Below, in pieces: positions 20,720 to 32,407 of a DNA stretch of 64,000 bases. This DNA comes from Vulcanimicrobiota bacterium (GTDB lineage Bacteria > Vulcanimicrobiota > Vulcanimicrobiia > Vulcanimicrobiales > Vulcanimicrobiaceae). The number at the start of each line of letters is the position of its first letter. Within the stretch, counting starts at the first letter, position 1. The stretch is from NCBI GenBank assembly GCA_963833095.1, contig CAWHWQ010000003.1, positions 160,001 to 224,000 on the forward strand, read 5' to 3'. The notes under the pieces were generated by a model that worked only from the letters and a program-made list of their open reading frames with translations, was not told the DNA's origin and made no database searches. The translations under genes and the position numbers were made by a program.

Positions 20720-23589
20720 ATGCTGGGCGAACGCGACCTCCGTCTGCTCGACGACCTGCTGTCGCGCTCGCCACTCGCTATCATTGCGTGGGACGCCGGC
20801 TACCGCATTACCTACTGGTCGGCGCGAGCGGCCGATATGTTTGGCTTCCAGGCCTCCGACGTCGTCGGTAAAACAATCGACGACTTCGATCTCGTCGCTC
20901 CCGAAGACAAGCCGATCGTTCGCGAGGTGCAGCAGCGCCTCGACGGCACCGATAACGTCCGCACGCTCGTCAACGTCAACCGTAACCACCGCGCGAACGG
21001 TGAGGTGCGCACCTGCCGTTGGACCACGTTGCGGTGCAGGACAGTAGCACGTTTCACGCGCTCTCCTACGCCGAAGACATTACCGAATCGCTCGCGGCCC
21101 AAAATGCGCTCGCCGAAAGCGAGGAACGATTCCGCTCTCTCTTCGACTACAACCCCGATATCGTGGCGCTTATCGATCTCGACGGATACTTCGTCGATGT
21201 CAATGAATCGGTTCGTCGCTTCGCGCCACCTGAGGCGCTCATCGGCGTTCATTACACGACGTTTCTCGATCCCAAAGATGTGCCGGCTCACCAAGAGTAT
21301 CATCGAAAGGCGCTCGCCGGCGAAACGCTCGTTTACCACTCGCGGGTTCGCACCTTTGACGGCGAACCGCTCGATGTCTCGGTTACGACGTTCCCAATGT
21401 ATCGCGACGGCAAGATCGCCGGTGCCTACTCGATAACGCGCGACGAGACCGAACAGCGCGCGGCCGAAGGCGCGCTGCGCTCGCTCTTCGAGCACAATCC
21501 CGACGGTGTGGTGTTACTCGATCGGCACGGCGAGGTCATCGACGCGAACGATGCGGCCATTCGGATCGCCGGTTTTGCTCGTCCAGAGGTCGTCGGCGCG
21601 CACTTCTACCCGATTCGTTCCCGAGTATGAGTTCGAACGAACGAACGCCGCCTTCGCGCGCGCCCTGAGCGGTCATCCGGTGGCGCTCAACGTCGAATCG
21701 ACCGGGGCCGATGGATCACCGCTGAGCTTGAATGCACGTTGATTCCACGGTATAAGGGCGGCGAGAGCGTCGGCATCTACGGCGTCTTGCAGGACATCAC
21801 CGAGCGCCGCACGGCCGAGCGGCGCGCCGAAATGCAGAGCCTGCGCATTCGCAACCTCTATTTCATCGCCGCCAGCGGCGACTACCCCGAAGTCCGCATG
21901 CGCGCCTCGCTCGAAATGGGCTGTCACGCGTGCGACCTCGCGCTCGGCGCGGTCGTCGAGATCGACGGTGACGCCCCGACCATCGAAGCGTCTATCGCGA
22001 GCCCAGCGCTGGACGATCAGGGACGAGAAATCATCGCAATGGCCAAGAGCGTCGCCACGTTGCCGGGCGCGGCGATTCCAGTGCCGTTCCGGAATGGCAT
22101 CGCGATGCGCCTCGACGTGGCGGCGATCCATACGGCGCGTTGGTCTTCGCCGATCCCCATGGTACCGTGCGCGAATTCTCGTCGACCGACGCGGACTTGC
22201 TCGGGCTTGATCTCGACGCTCGTCGCCGGCACGATCGAAACGAATCGGCCAGCGCATGCGGCTGCGCACGCTGGCTTACTACGACACGCTGACCGGCCTG
22301 CCGAACCGCGCGCTGCTGAGTGAGATGCTGCGCGACGCGATCGAAGTCTCGCAGTCGCGCCTCGCGCGCGTCGCGCTGCTTTTCCTCGACCTCGACGGAT
22401 TCAAGGACGTCAACGACACGCTCGGCCACGCCCGCGGCGACCAGCTGCTGCGTCTGGTTGCGCGCGCCTCGGTCGAGGTGCTCGGCGAGCCGCGGCTCGA
22501 TCGCGCGCATGGGCAGCGACGAGTTCGTCGTCCTGTTAACCGATTGCGCGCGACATCGAAGCAGGCCCGCGACGCTCGCCGAGCGCATTATCGCGACGAT
22601 CAGCGAACCGTTTGCGCTGGACGAATACGAGCAGTTTATCTCGACCAGCGTCGGCATCGCCGATCTATCCCGAAGACGGCCGCGACGATCAGACGCTGAT
22701 CAAGAACGCCGACATCGCGATGTCGCGGGCCAAGGACCGCGGACGCAACGGCTACTACTTCTACAATCCGACCCTCGAAGCGCCGATCCACATGCGACTC
22801 TCGCAAGAGAAATTGCTGCGCAAAGCCCTCGAGCTACAACGAGTTCGTCGTGTACTACCAGCCGCAGCTCGATTTGCGCACGGGCGGATCGTCAGCGTCG
22901 AAGCGCTGGTGCGCTGGAATCATCCCAAGAGCGGCTTGATCGAGCCCGGGACATTTCATTCCGAGCGCCGAGATCTCGGGACTTGATCGTTCCGCTGGGC
23001 GATTGGGTCCTCGAGACCGCCGTCGAAGCAGGTTGCGCACTGGCATCCGAACTCGGGCCGTTGCGGCTAGCCGTCAACCTCTCCGGCGCGCCAGTTCCAC
23101 GATCGCGATCTGCGCCGCCGCATGATGGCGGCGCTCGAAGAGCGGCAATTGGATCCGTCGTTTCTCGAGCTGGAAATCACCGAGAGCGTGGCGATGGCCG
23201 ACGCCGCCGCAAACGGCGGAATCGTGCGCGATCTCAAGGCGCGCGGCATTCGCATCGCCGTCGACGATTTCGGCACAGGCTACTCGTCGCTTTCATACTT
23301 GCGTCGGTTCGCGCTCGACGTGTTCAAGATCGACGGCTCGTTCGTCAAGGGCATCGGTCACGAAGCCTTCGACGAGACCATCGTCAAGACGATCATCGGC
23401 ATGGCGCACAGCCTCGACCTCGAGGTCGTTGCCGAGGGCGTCGAGACCCTCGACGCAGCTTGCGTTCCTTTCCGAAAACGGCTGCGACATGGTGCAGGGT
23501 TATGCCATCGCGCCGCCGCTTCCGGCCGCAGAATTCGAGGATTTCTTAGCGCCGTCGCGAAGCGTCAGCCGCAACGGGGTAAAGGGTGA
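20720..23589 (+). CDS. Multi-PAS-GGDEF-EAL protein (many frameshifts; GGDEF reads GSDEF)
   Basis: Three PAS repeats, YYDTLTGLPNR, ARMGSDEF, VEALVRW, DDFGTGYSS; end approximate. Confidence 0.85.
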
Positions 23590-24862
23590 CGGCCATGATT
23601 TCAGCGACACCGCGGCTCGACCGCAACGCGCTGATCGATTGGTATCGGCGCAATCGTGAGCGCTCCGCGCAGCTCTTCGCGCTGATCGACCGAGCGCGTT
23701 TCTGCAGCGACCCATTCCGCTGCGCCACCCGTTCGTGTTTTACGAAGGGCATATTCCGGCGTTCAGCTTCCTGACGTTCAACGAACGCGCGCTGGGCAAT
23801 CGCCGATGGATGCGCGCTTGAAAAACTGTTCGAGCGCGGCATCGACCCGGGTTCGGTCGACGACGGCGCGCGCGCATGGGCGTGCCGATTGGCCGTCGCG
23901 CGCGCAGATCGCGAACTTTGCCCTCGCGTGCGACGAACGCGTGATCGACGCGTTCCGGCACGCGAAGCTGGTGGACCCCACGAATCCACGCGTTGCGCCG
24001 TGGTCAGTCCGTCTACACGATTCTCGAGCACGAACCGATGCATCACGAGACGCTTGCTCTACATCATCCACCAACTCGACTACGCCAGCAAAGGGCGTAT
24101 CGCCCAAGAGCACTACGACCACGCGCCGCCCCACGAATCCGATGCAACGTGTCGCGGCCGGCGTCGCGCGCCTCGGCGCCGATCCGGACACGGTTGCGTT
24201 CGGCTGGGACAACGAGTTCCGGCGCGTGCGACGTCGACGTTCCGGCATTCTCGATCTCAAGGTATCCGGTAACCAACGCCGATTGGCTGCGTTTCGTTCA
24301 AGCCGGCGGCCCGGTGCCTGAGTTTTGGGTCGAGCGCGAAGGCGAATTGCTTCTGCGCGGCGTGTTCGAAGAGTTGCCGTTGCCGCGCTCGTGGCCGGTG
24401 TACGTTTCGCACGACCAAGCGGCGGCATATGCGGCGCTGGGCGGGGATGCGGCTTCCGACCGAAGCGGAATTCCATCGCGCTGCATACAGCGCGCCGGAC
24501 GGGAGCGAACCGCTTCTTCCGTGGGGCGATGCGCCGCCGGACGCGATGCACGGAAACTTCGACTTCGAACGCTTCGACCCCGAGCCCGTCGACGCGCATC
24601 CGGCCGGCGTAAGCGCGTGGGAAATCGAAGATTTGGTCGGAAATGGGTGGGAATGGACCTCGACGCGTTTTCGGGCCCTTTCCGGGCTTCGAACCGATGG
24701 CGTCGTATCCGCAATATTCCGCCGACTTTTTCGATGGACGAGCACTACGTCATGAAAGGCGCGTCGCCGGTGACCGCGCGCGAATTGGTTCGCCCCTCGT
24801 TTCGCAACTGGTTCTACGGCGATTATCCGTACATGTACGCAAAATTCCGCTGCGTCGCTTAG
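23586..24862 (+). CDS. EgtB/OvoA-type non-heme iron sulfoxide synthase (DinB + FGE-sulfatase), frameshifted
   Basis: PIPLRHPFVFYEGHIP, LEHEPMHHETL (HxxxH), RLPTEAEF, GNGWEWT, RPSFRNWF across frames. Confidence 0.85.
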
Positions 24863-26459
24863 CGCTTGCATGCGTGCTGCTCGCGGGATGCACGCGCGCG
24901 GGCGTAACCAACGTTTCGAACGACTCGCTGACCATCGGCATCCCGATCACGCCCAACACGCTCAACCCGATCCTCACGACCAGTAACTCCGAAACCTTCG
25001 TCACCGACCTGCTCTTCGCTAAGCTCGTCACGCTCGACGCGCAGCAGCGTCACGTTCCCGACCTTGCCGCTGATGTTCCAACCCTCGCGAACGGCGGCAT
25101 CAGCCATGACGGCCTTACGATTATCTATCACTTGCGTAAGAACGCGAAGTGGACCGACGGTCGTTCAGTAACTAGCGCCGACGTGAAATTCACGTATCAG
25201 CAGATCATGAATCCGGTCAATAACGTGGCTTCACGGCACGGCTACGATATGATCGGCTCGCTCGACACGCCCGGTCCGTACACCGTGGTGTTGCACATGA
25301 AGCAAGTCTTCCCGCCGATTATCGACTACTTCTTCGGCGAGAGCGATGAGCCGTACGACATTCTCCCGGCGCACGCATTCGCGCATGTCAGTAATTTCAA
25401 TACGATGCCGTTCAACGCCGAGCCGACGGTCACCGATGGACCGTACCGCTTTGCGCGTTGGATCCGCGGCGACCGCATCGTGCTCACGGCTAACGACGAC
25501 TACTTCCGCGGCGCGCCGAAAATCAAACAGCTCAACGTGCAAGATCATCAACGATGCCAACACGATGGTCGCCGAACTGCGTACCGGAGAGGTCCAGGCC
25601 GCAAACAACTTGAGCGGGCCCTCATTACAACGAACTCAAGGGCGATGCGCGCGTAACGCGCTTACCGGTTCTGGCACCGGACTACGACGGCTTGATGTTC
25701 AACTTGGCGCGCGCGCCGCTCAACGAGAAAGCCGTACGTGTCGCGCTCGCCTATGCCACCGATCGCGAGACGATCATGCGAGATAACGAGTTCGGCGACG
25801 CGACGGTCGGTGTCGGCGATCTGTCGCCATTCTATTGGGCCTACGATCCAAAACTCAGGCCCAGCCGTACGATCCGGCCAAAGCGCGCGCCATGCTTGGA
25901 TGCCGACGGTTGGAAGCTCGGCCCGGGTGCCGTGCGCGCCAAGAACGGGCAGCGCCTCTCGTTGCTGCTGGTATACGCGCAAGGTAGCGACATCTCGCAG
26001 AATATCGTCGTGCAAATTCAACAGATGTGGCGTGCCGTCGGCGTCGAGGTGCAACCCAAGGCGTTTCCCTATGCGCAGCTCTACGCCGTCGCTCAGGACG
26101 GCGGCATCTTCCTCGGTGGCAAATTCGACGTCGGATTCTATGCCTGGATCTCGGGCGGCGACCCCGACGATTCGTCGCAATGGCTGAGTACCGCTATTCC
26201 GCCCAACGGTAACAACGTCGACCGCTACATGTCGCCGCAAATGGATGCCGCGCAGCATCTGGCGCTCTCCACCTTCGATCAGGCCGTCCGCAAGCAAGCG
26301 TATGCGCAAATCCAGCGCCTGCTGGTCAACGACGTACCGGCGATCTTCCTTTTTTATCCGAAACAGCGCTACGCGTATGCGCCGGAATTACGTAATTTTA
26401 GTCCGAATGGAATCGGCGAAGCATGGAACGCTGCCGATTGGACGTTCACTTCACCCTGA
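24850..26459 (+). CDS. Orphan peptide/nickel-type ABC substrate-binding lipoprotein (frameshifted)
   Basis: Lipobox LAGC, PDLA, SHDGLT, WTDG.SVTSADVKFT, DGPY; no permease nearby; start codon uncertain (CTG 24850). Confidence 0.85.
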
Positions 26460-26493
26460 TACGAGAACTATTCGTAAGGAGCCCTTTGTAACC

Positions 26494-27993
26494 ATGAGTA
26501 CCAACAACGCCTCGGTCGCCGTCAAGGAAATCACGCCAAGCGTGGCGTCGGCAAAGAAGGTCCCGATCACGGTCGCGTACGGCGACGGTATCGGGCCCGA
26601 GATCATGGAGGCCACCCTACGCATCATTCAGGCGGCGGGCGCCCGACTTGAAATCGAACGCATCGAGATCGGCGAATCGGTCTACAAGAAAGGGATGGAC
26701 AGCGGGATCGAGCCGTCGGCCTGGGAATCGTTGCGCCGTACGAAAGTTTTCTTCAAGGCGCCGATCACGACACCGCAAGGCGGCGGCTTCAAGAGCCTCA
26801 ACGTCACCGTGCGCAAGACGCTGGGAATGTACGCAAACGTCCGCCCGTGCTCATCGCTCCATCCGTTCGTCGCGACGAAGCACCCGAACATGGACATCGT
26901 GATCGTTCGCGAGAACGAGGAAGACGTCTACGGCGGCATCGAGCATCGCCAAACCAATCAGGTGGCTCAATGTCTCAAGCTGATCTCGCGTCCGGGCAGC
27001 AAGCGTATCATCCGCTACGCCTTCGAATACGCGCGCGCCAACAAGCGTAAAAAAGTCACGTGCTTCACCAAAGACAACATCATGAAGATCACCGACGGCC
27101 TCTTCCATCGTACGTTCGAAGAGATCGCCAAGGAGTATCCGGATCTCGAGCACGAGCACTGGATCGTCGACATCGGCGCCGCGAAGTTGGCCGACACGCC
27201 CGAAGCGTTCGACGTGATCGTCATGCCGAATCTCTACGGCGACGTGCTTTCCGACGTCGCCGCGCAGATCACCGGCTCAGTGGGTCTCGCAGGCTCGGCC
27301 AACATCGGCGATCACTGCTCGATGTTCGAAGCGATCCATGGCTCTGCGCCGCGGCGCGCTGGCCAAAACCTGGCTAACCCGTCCGGGCTGCTGCATGGCG
27401 CGCTGCTGATGCTGGTGCACATCGGGCAAGGCGATGCTGCGGAGCGCGCGCACAACGCGTGGCTGCGGACGATCGAAGACGGCATCCACACCTACGACAT
27501 CTACACGGAAGGCGTGTCGAAACAAAAGGTCGGCACGAAGGAGTTCGGCGACGCGGTTATCGCGCGTCTCGGTCAAAAGCCGCAACAACTCAAGCCGGCC
27601 GAGTACGCGAAGGACGTTCACATGAACCTGGCGATTCGCCCGGCCGGCAAGCCTCCGATGAAGGTCCGCGTCGGCGTCGATCTTTTCATCGACCGCCGCG
27701 ACGGCAACCCCGACCAGATCGCTTCATTGATGCAGAAGTTCAACGTAACCGGCACCAAGCTCACCATCATCAGCAATCGCGGCACAAAGGTGTGGCCGAA
27801 CGGCAATCCCGACACCTACTGGAGCGATCATTGGCAGTGCCGCTTCGAAGGCGACAGCGACGAACTTTTCACCGCCGAGCATGTGATCAAGCTGCTCGCC
27901 GAGGCCGACCGCGCCGGCTTCGACGTGATCAAGACCGAGGGACTTTTCACGTTCAACGGCGACAGGGGGTATTCACTAGCGCAAGGTCAATAA
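26494..27993 (+). CDS. icd: NADP-dependent isocitrate dehydrogenase
   Basis: GDGIGPEI, KAPITTPQGGGFKSLNV, NLYGD, EAIHGSAP, C-terminal YSLAQGQ. Confidence 0.96.
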   Translation: MSTNNASVAVKEITPSVASAKKVPITVAYGDGIGPEIMEATLRIIQAAGARLEIERIEIGESVYKKGMDSGIEPSAWESLRRTKVFFKAPITTPQGGGFKSLNVTVRKTLGMYANVRPCSSLHPFVATKHPNMDIVIVRENEEDVYGGIEHRQTNQVAQCLKLISRPGSKRIIRYAFEYARANKRKKVTCFTKDNIMKITDGLFHRTFEEIAKEYPDLEHEHWIVDIGAAKLADTPEAFDVIVMPNLYGDVLSDVAAQITGSVGLAGSANIGDHCSMFEAIHGSAPRRAGQNLANPSGLLHGALLMLVHIGQGDAAERAHNAWLRTIEDGIHTYDIYTEGVSKQKVGTKEFGDAVIARLGQKPQQLKPAEYAKDVHMNLAIRPAGKPPMKVRVGVDLFIDRRDGNPDQIASLMQKFNVTGTKLTIISNRGTKVWPNGNPDTYWSDHWQCRFEGDSDELFTAEHVIKLLAEADRAGFDVIKTEGLFTFNGDRGYSLAQGQ

Positions 27994-28000
27994 CGTGCAC

Positions 28001-30052
28001 ATGCGCTCGCTTGTTTTTGCATTCGTAGCTGTGGCGGCAACCGCGCTTGCCGCCTGCAGTGGTACGACCTACGTCTACGGGACGCCTCAGCCGAATGTCC
28101 CGACGCCGACGATGCAACCGACAATGCAGCCGACCGGCATGACGACAAGCACGGTCTCGTTCAACGTCATTGTCCCGAATATCAGCGGAAGCGCGCGCCA
28201 TCGCCCGACCGTTGTGGTTCCGGGGACCTCACTCTCGGTCGCGGTTCAACTCGATTCCGTTAACGGCACGTCGTCGACAACGACGCCGACGACGGTCAAT
28301 TTGAGCGCTGCAACGGCCGGGTGCGAGCAATCCTCAACGCAGTTGAGCTGCGTGATCAATTTGACGGCGCCGGTTGGAGCGTTGATCTACACGCTCACCG
28401 TGTACGGCGGGCCGAACGGAACGGGCGGATCGCTCGGAGCCGGTAACATTGCCGTCACGACGACCGCGGGTGCGACGGTCGTCGCGCCCGCAACGCTCAC
28501 TGGAACGGTTGCGAAGATCGTCGTTACGGTCGGCGGCGCTCCAATAGGCGCGAATATTACGGTGCCGGTAACCGTGCAGGCCGAAGACGCTAGCGGCAAT
28601 ACCGTCCTTGGCACCTATACGAATTCGATTGCGCTCACCGACAGCGACGCATCCGGACAAACCACGCTCTCATCCTCGGCGTCCGGTATCACCAACGGCG
28701 CGACGGTCGTCACCCTGGCGTACGCGGGCGGCTCGATGGCGTCGCCTGCCACGATCAACGCATCTGCCGCAAATGTCAGCCCATCGAATGTAACGGCTGG
28801 GTCATTCTTGCCTAGTCAGACCTATCCAACTGTTAACGGCTCGAGCACGACCTTCACTTATACCGACAGCTACATATTCGGTAATAATGGGCCGCCGGTG
28901 AACGGACCGAATACGACGGGCGGGACGTTCGACGCGATCGTCACGACGGGCCAAACGTTCAACGGCATCAATAACCTCGTCGAGATTGGCGGCCTCTATG
29001 CGGCGAGCAACTGGCTTCCCAGCAGCTTTTCGTCCACCATCAACTTTCAAAACCTCGTCGCATATTACACATGGACGCCGCAGGGCTCGAACGCGTCCCT
29101 GGGTCTTGTCGGCATGACGAGCAACACGGGCTTTACCTTGACCTGCGAGTCGCCGTATACGAAAGAGATCGAAGCGCCGCTTACCACGGACTGGGACGTG
29201 CTAGCGAGCAGTGCGCCGTGCACGGTGTCGTATAGCGACGGGGCAGGCGATACCGGACAGACCGTGCTAAATCCTGATGGTTCCTATGAAGTCAACACCG
29301 AGGGACTCTTCTCCGGCGACGACTTCACCATCACGCAGAGCAGCGACGGAAGCATTTTACGAAGTGACAATGCAATTTGCGGTTGCGGTTCTTCGATCAT
29401 CACCGTTCCCGTTCCGAGCCCCGGCGCTGCAACAATTCCCGTGATGATTCAAACCTTCCCCGGCCCGATCCCGGCGCCGGATGAAACCACAACGCCGTCA
29501 CCCGAACCGACCAGCGTTCCCAACCCGTGGGCGGTCTGGAACGGTATTCCGGGTGAAAAAATTCCGACTCCCCTTATGAGCGACACGTTTCATGTCGTCG
29601 GTCCGATTGCCGCGCTTCCAGGTGGGTGCGCGATTCCCGCCGGCCTGCTTGGCAGTAGCCCAACGTTGACCGAAGCCGACGAGACTGTGGTCATCGCGGA
29701 CCCTGCCTCCGAGTGGAACAGCAATTACTACTCGAACGAAACGATCAAGCACTATTACCTCGACGGCGTCGGCGAGATTTGCAACGAGAATGTGTACATC
29801 GGTGCTTCATACAACGCGTATCCGCTTAACTACTATTTGAACGTCCCAAGCAATATTAATTTCAACACGTCGGTAACGACAGTTTCAGGAACGCAGTGGA
29901 CGTATCTCACCGCGACAACCCTTACCGCGACGAGCGCGCGCCGACGAGAGGCCGCATCAGCGTTTACCGCGGCGACCTATGCGTTGATGCACGCACCGAT
30001 CCAGATGCGGCTTGGTGCGCGCGACCCGCGGCGAAACTTCATCAGGCGATAG
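28001..30052 (+). CDS. Large Ser/Thr-rich lipoprotein with Ig-like N-terminal region
   Basis: Lipobox LAA-C, PTMQ repeats, beta-rich sequence. Confidence 0.75.
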   Translation: MRSLVFAFVAVAATALAACSGTTYVYGTPQPNVPTPTMQPTMQPTGMTTSTVSFNVIVPNISGSARHRPTVVVPGTSLSVAVQLDSVNGTSSTTTPTTVNLSAATAGCEQSSTQLSCVINLTAPVGALIYTLTVYGGPNGTGGSLGAGNIAVTTTAGATVVAPATLTGTVAKIVVTVGGAPIGANITVPVTVQAEDASGNTVLGTYTNSIALTDSDASGQTTLSSSASGITNGATVVTLAYAGGSMASPATINASAANVSPSNVTAGSFLPSQTYPTVNGSSTTFTYTDSYIFGNNGPPVNGPNTTGGTFDAIVTTGQTFNGINNLVEIGGLYAASNWLPSSFSSTINFQNLVAYYTWTPQGSNASLGLVGMTSNTGFTLTCESPYTKEIEAPLTTDWDVLASSAPCTVSYSDGAGDTGQTVLNPDGSYEVNTEGLFSGDDFTITQSSDGSILRSDNAICGCGSSIITVPVPSPGAATIPVMIQTFPGPIPAPDETTTPSPEPTSVPNPWAVWNGIPGEKIPTPLMSDTFHVVGPIAALPGGCAIPAGLLGSSPTLTEADETVVIADPASEWNSNYYSNETIKHYYLDGVGEICNENVYIGASYNAYPLNYYLNVPSNINFNTSVTTVSGTQWTYLTATTLTATSARRREAASAFTAATYALMHAPIQMRLGARDPRRNFIRR

Positions 30053-30132
30053 CAGCCAAGCGTAACGTGTAACCTACATTAGAATTGGGTATGAGGGCGA
30101 GGCGTTTGCCTGCCTGCGACAAAGTTTAGTGC

Positions 30133-30492
30133 ATGCTGCCTCGCATCTTGGCCTTGGCATTTGCTTGTGCATCCGCACTTCTGCCGCTTGCCTGTCGAGC
30201 AAGCGGCCCTGCACCTGCCGACGAATATTTCGGTCCGTTCAAAGAGAGCATCCTCGAGATTCGCAACCGGCTCATGTCCTTCGAGCGCGATGCAGATTGG
30301 GATTTGCGGCGCCATGTGCGCGGGATCGACAATCTGGAAATGGCGATTGAAGACTGGTATCGCAAATATCCGCGCGATCCGTGGCTTCCCGGCTTTACGA
30401 CCCGGCTTATTCATGTATATGATCGCGCCCACGAGTCGCGCTCGCGGCTTTGCGCACACGCCCACGGCATCGCGAGGTCGGTTGGCCGCTAA
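30133..30492 (+). CDS. Small secreted hypothetical protein
   Basis: Signal peptide, APADEYFG and YPRDPWL motifs. Confidence 0.65.
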   Translation: MLPRILALAFACASALLPLACRASGPAPADEYFGPFKESILEIRNRLMSFERDADWDLRRHVRGIDNLEMAIEDWYRKYPRDPWLPGFTTRLIHVYDRAHESRSRLCAHAHGIARSVGR

Positions 30493-30508
30493 GCCGAAGA
30501 GCTAACTC

Positions 30509-30943
30509 ATGGAAGCTCTCGACCTTACCAAAGCCCCCCCGCGGGCTCCGCGGGCTCGTCTCGCGGACCTCGACCTCATCATGGCTGCGCGAACCGTCGA
30601 CAAGGTGCGCGCTTCGCTCCCCGGCGGTAACCTGGGCGCGTATAATATTCCGGGCTTCAGTGCCCAAATGTTTGAAGCCATCGGCGTCTCCGAGGATGAC
30701 TTTCGTGGCGCCGTCGAACGGGCGTCGAGCGATGCGGACATTGCCGCGTGGCTACGCGAACGTGTTCCGCCGGAGAAGATTGCTGCGTTCAACGCAGCGA
30801 TCATCGCGCGCCGCATTGAGCACCGTCTGAGCGACGAAGCGTGGCGTAAGAAATACCCGCATGGCGTGGCTATGCCGCCGGAGACGCCGCTTATCGACTT
30901 CCTCTCGAAGGATGATGAGCTCGCCTTCCTCGGCGCGCGATAG
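30509..30943 (+). CDS. DUF5069 family protein
   Basis: LDLTKAPPRAPR...RTVDKVRA...GNLGAY. Confidence 0.75.
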   Translation: MEALDLTKAPPRAPRARLADLDLIMAARTVDKVRASLPGGNLGAYNIPGFSAQMFEAIGVSEDDFRGAVERASSDADIAAWLRERVPPEKIAAFNAAIIARRIEHRLSDEAWRKKYPHGVAMPPETPLIDFLSKDDELAFLGAR

Positions 30944-30948
30944 GCAGC

Positions 30949-31828
30949 ATGCGAATCGTCAGCCTCTTGCCGAGCGCGACCGAGATACTGTTCGCGATCG
31001 GCGCGGGCGACGAGGTCGTTGGCGTCACTCACGAGTGTGACTTCCCGCCTGAAGCGATCGCGCGTCCCCATCTGACGTCATCGGCGCTACCGTCCGCAGG
31101 TTCGTCCGCCGAGATCGACCGGCACGTTCGCCGCAGTTTGCACGAGGGCTCGAGCCTTTACCACCTCGATGCGGAATTGCTCGAAGCGCTCAAGCCGGAT
31201 TTGATCGTCACCCAAGAACTCTGCGCCGTGTGCGCGGTGTCGTACGACATCGTGCAGCGCGCGGTGCGGCGGTTGCGCGGGGATCCCCGCCTCGTATCGC
31301 TCGAGCCTTCTTCTCTTGATGACGTGTTTGCAACGATATCGTTTCTCGGTGAGCTCACCGGACATGCTGACGGCGCTGCTGCGTTGTTGCGCGGCCTTCG
31401 CGCACGCGTTGAAGCGCTGCGCGCGCGAACGCGCGATCGCGCCCACCCCCGTGTGCTCGTCCTTGAATGGACCGATCCGCCGATGAGCGGCGGGCATTGG
31501 ACGCCAGGACTGGTCGAGCTCGCGGGTGCAGCGCCGGTCCTCGGCAATCCCGGCGCAAATTCGCAGGCCATCGCTTGGGAAACGATCGCGCGTGAAGATC
31601 CGGACGCGATCGTCGTTGGCCCGTGCGGCTTCGATCTGCCGCGCACGCGCGAAGCGATGGCCGAACTCGGAGACAAACGCGACGTGGCGCAATCTGCGTG
31701 CCGTGCGCGAGGGCCGCGTGTACCCGATCGACGGCAGCGCCTATCTAAATAGGCCGGGCCCGCGACTCGTGGACACGGCGGAAATCATCAGCAAGGCGAT
31801 CTCTGTGACCACGATCGCCGCACCGTAA
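30949..31828 (+). CDS. Cobalamin-binding/BtuF-like substrate-binding protein (frameshift near 31675)
   Basis: MRIVSLLPSATEI, VGVTHECDFP, TQELCAVCAV, NRPGPRLVD. Confidence 0.85.
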
Positions 31829-32407
31829 CAGTCGCCGTTGAGCACGCCTCCCAGCCGCCGCTTCGCGAAAGCACCGAAGATCCAAGGAACGATAGTCACG
31901 ACGCTGATCAGAAGCACGACCGGCGACGGGATTCGCCTCGACGGGCGCAAGACAACGAGCGTAAGCCCTCGCGCGACGCATCCGGTCAGTGCGAGAATCG
32001 CGGGCATCAGCGGCGGCGGAATGTGCGCCAGCGCATAGAGCCACAGCGATGCTGAGCATCGCCATGCCGGCGATGGCGTAGGTGCCGTGATGCGGATCGC
32101 GCATGATCTCGAGCCGCCGCTGAGGTGAGACCATTGCTAAGAGCCCATCGCAGCAATCCAGAAACCCATCGATGTGAATCGCGCCGCTGAGCGCAATCGA
32201 AAGCATCCAGGCAACGATCGCGGCGGCAATCGGAGACTGCGTGAATAGCCAGACGCCATACGCTCCGAGGCCGGAAAGGCCGCCGACGACAAGGCCGACA
32301 AGCGGTAGGAACGCGATCGCGTTGTCGCCTGGAGCGTCGTCGGAATGACGAATCGGAAGGATCGAAAAGTACGAAAACGATGCGGCCAGCGCGCGCAGCA
32401 GGTTCAA
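31741..32407 (-). CDS. cobS: Adenosylcobinamide-GDP ribazoletransferase (frameshift near 32040)
   Basis: GAIHIDGFLDCCDG, RLEIMRD, LGGVLNGDCYGA. Confidence 0.9.
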
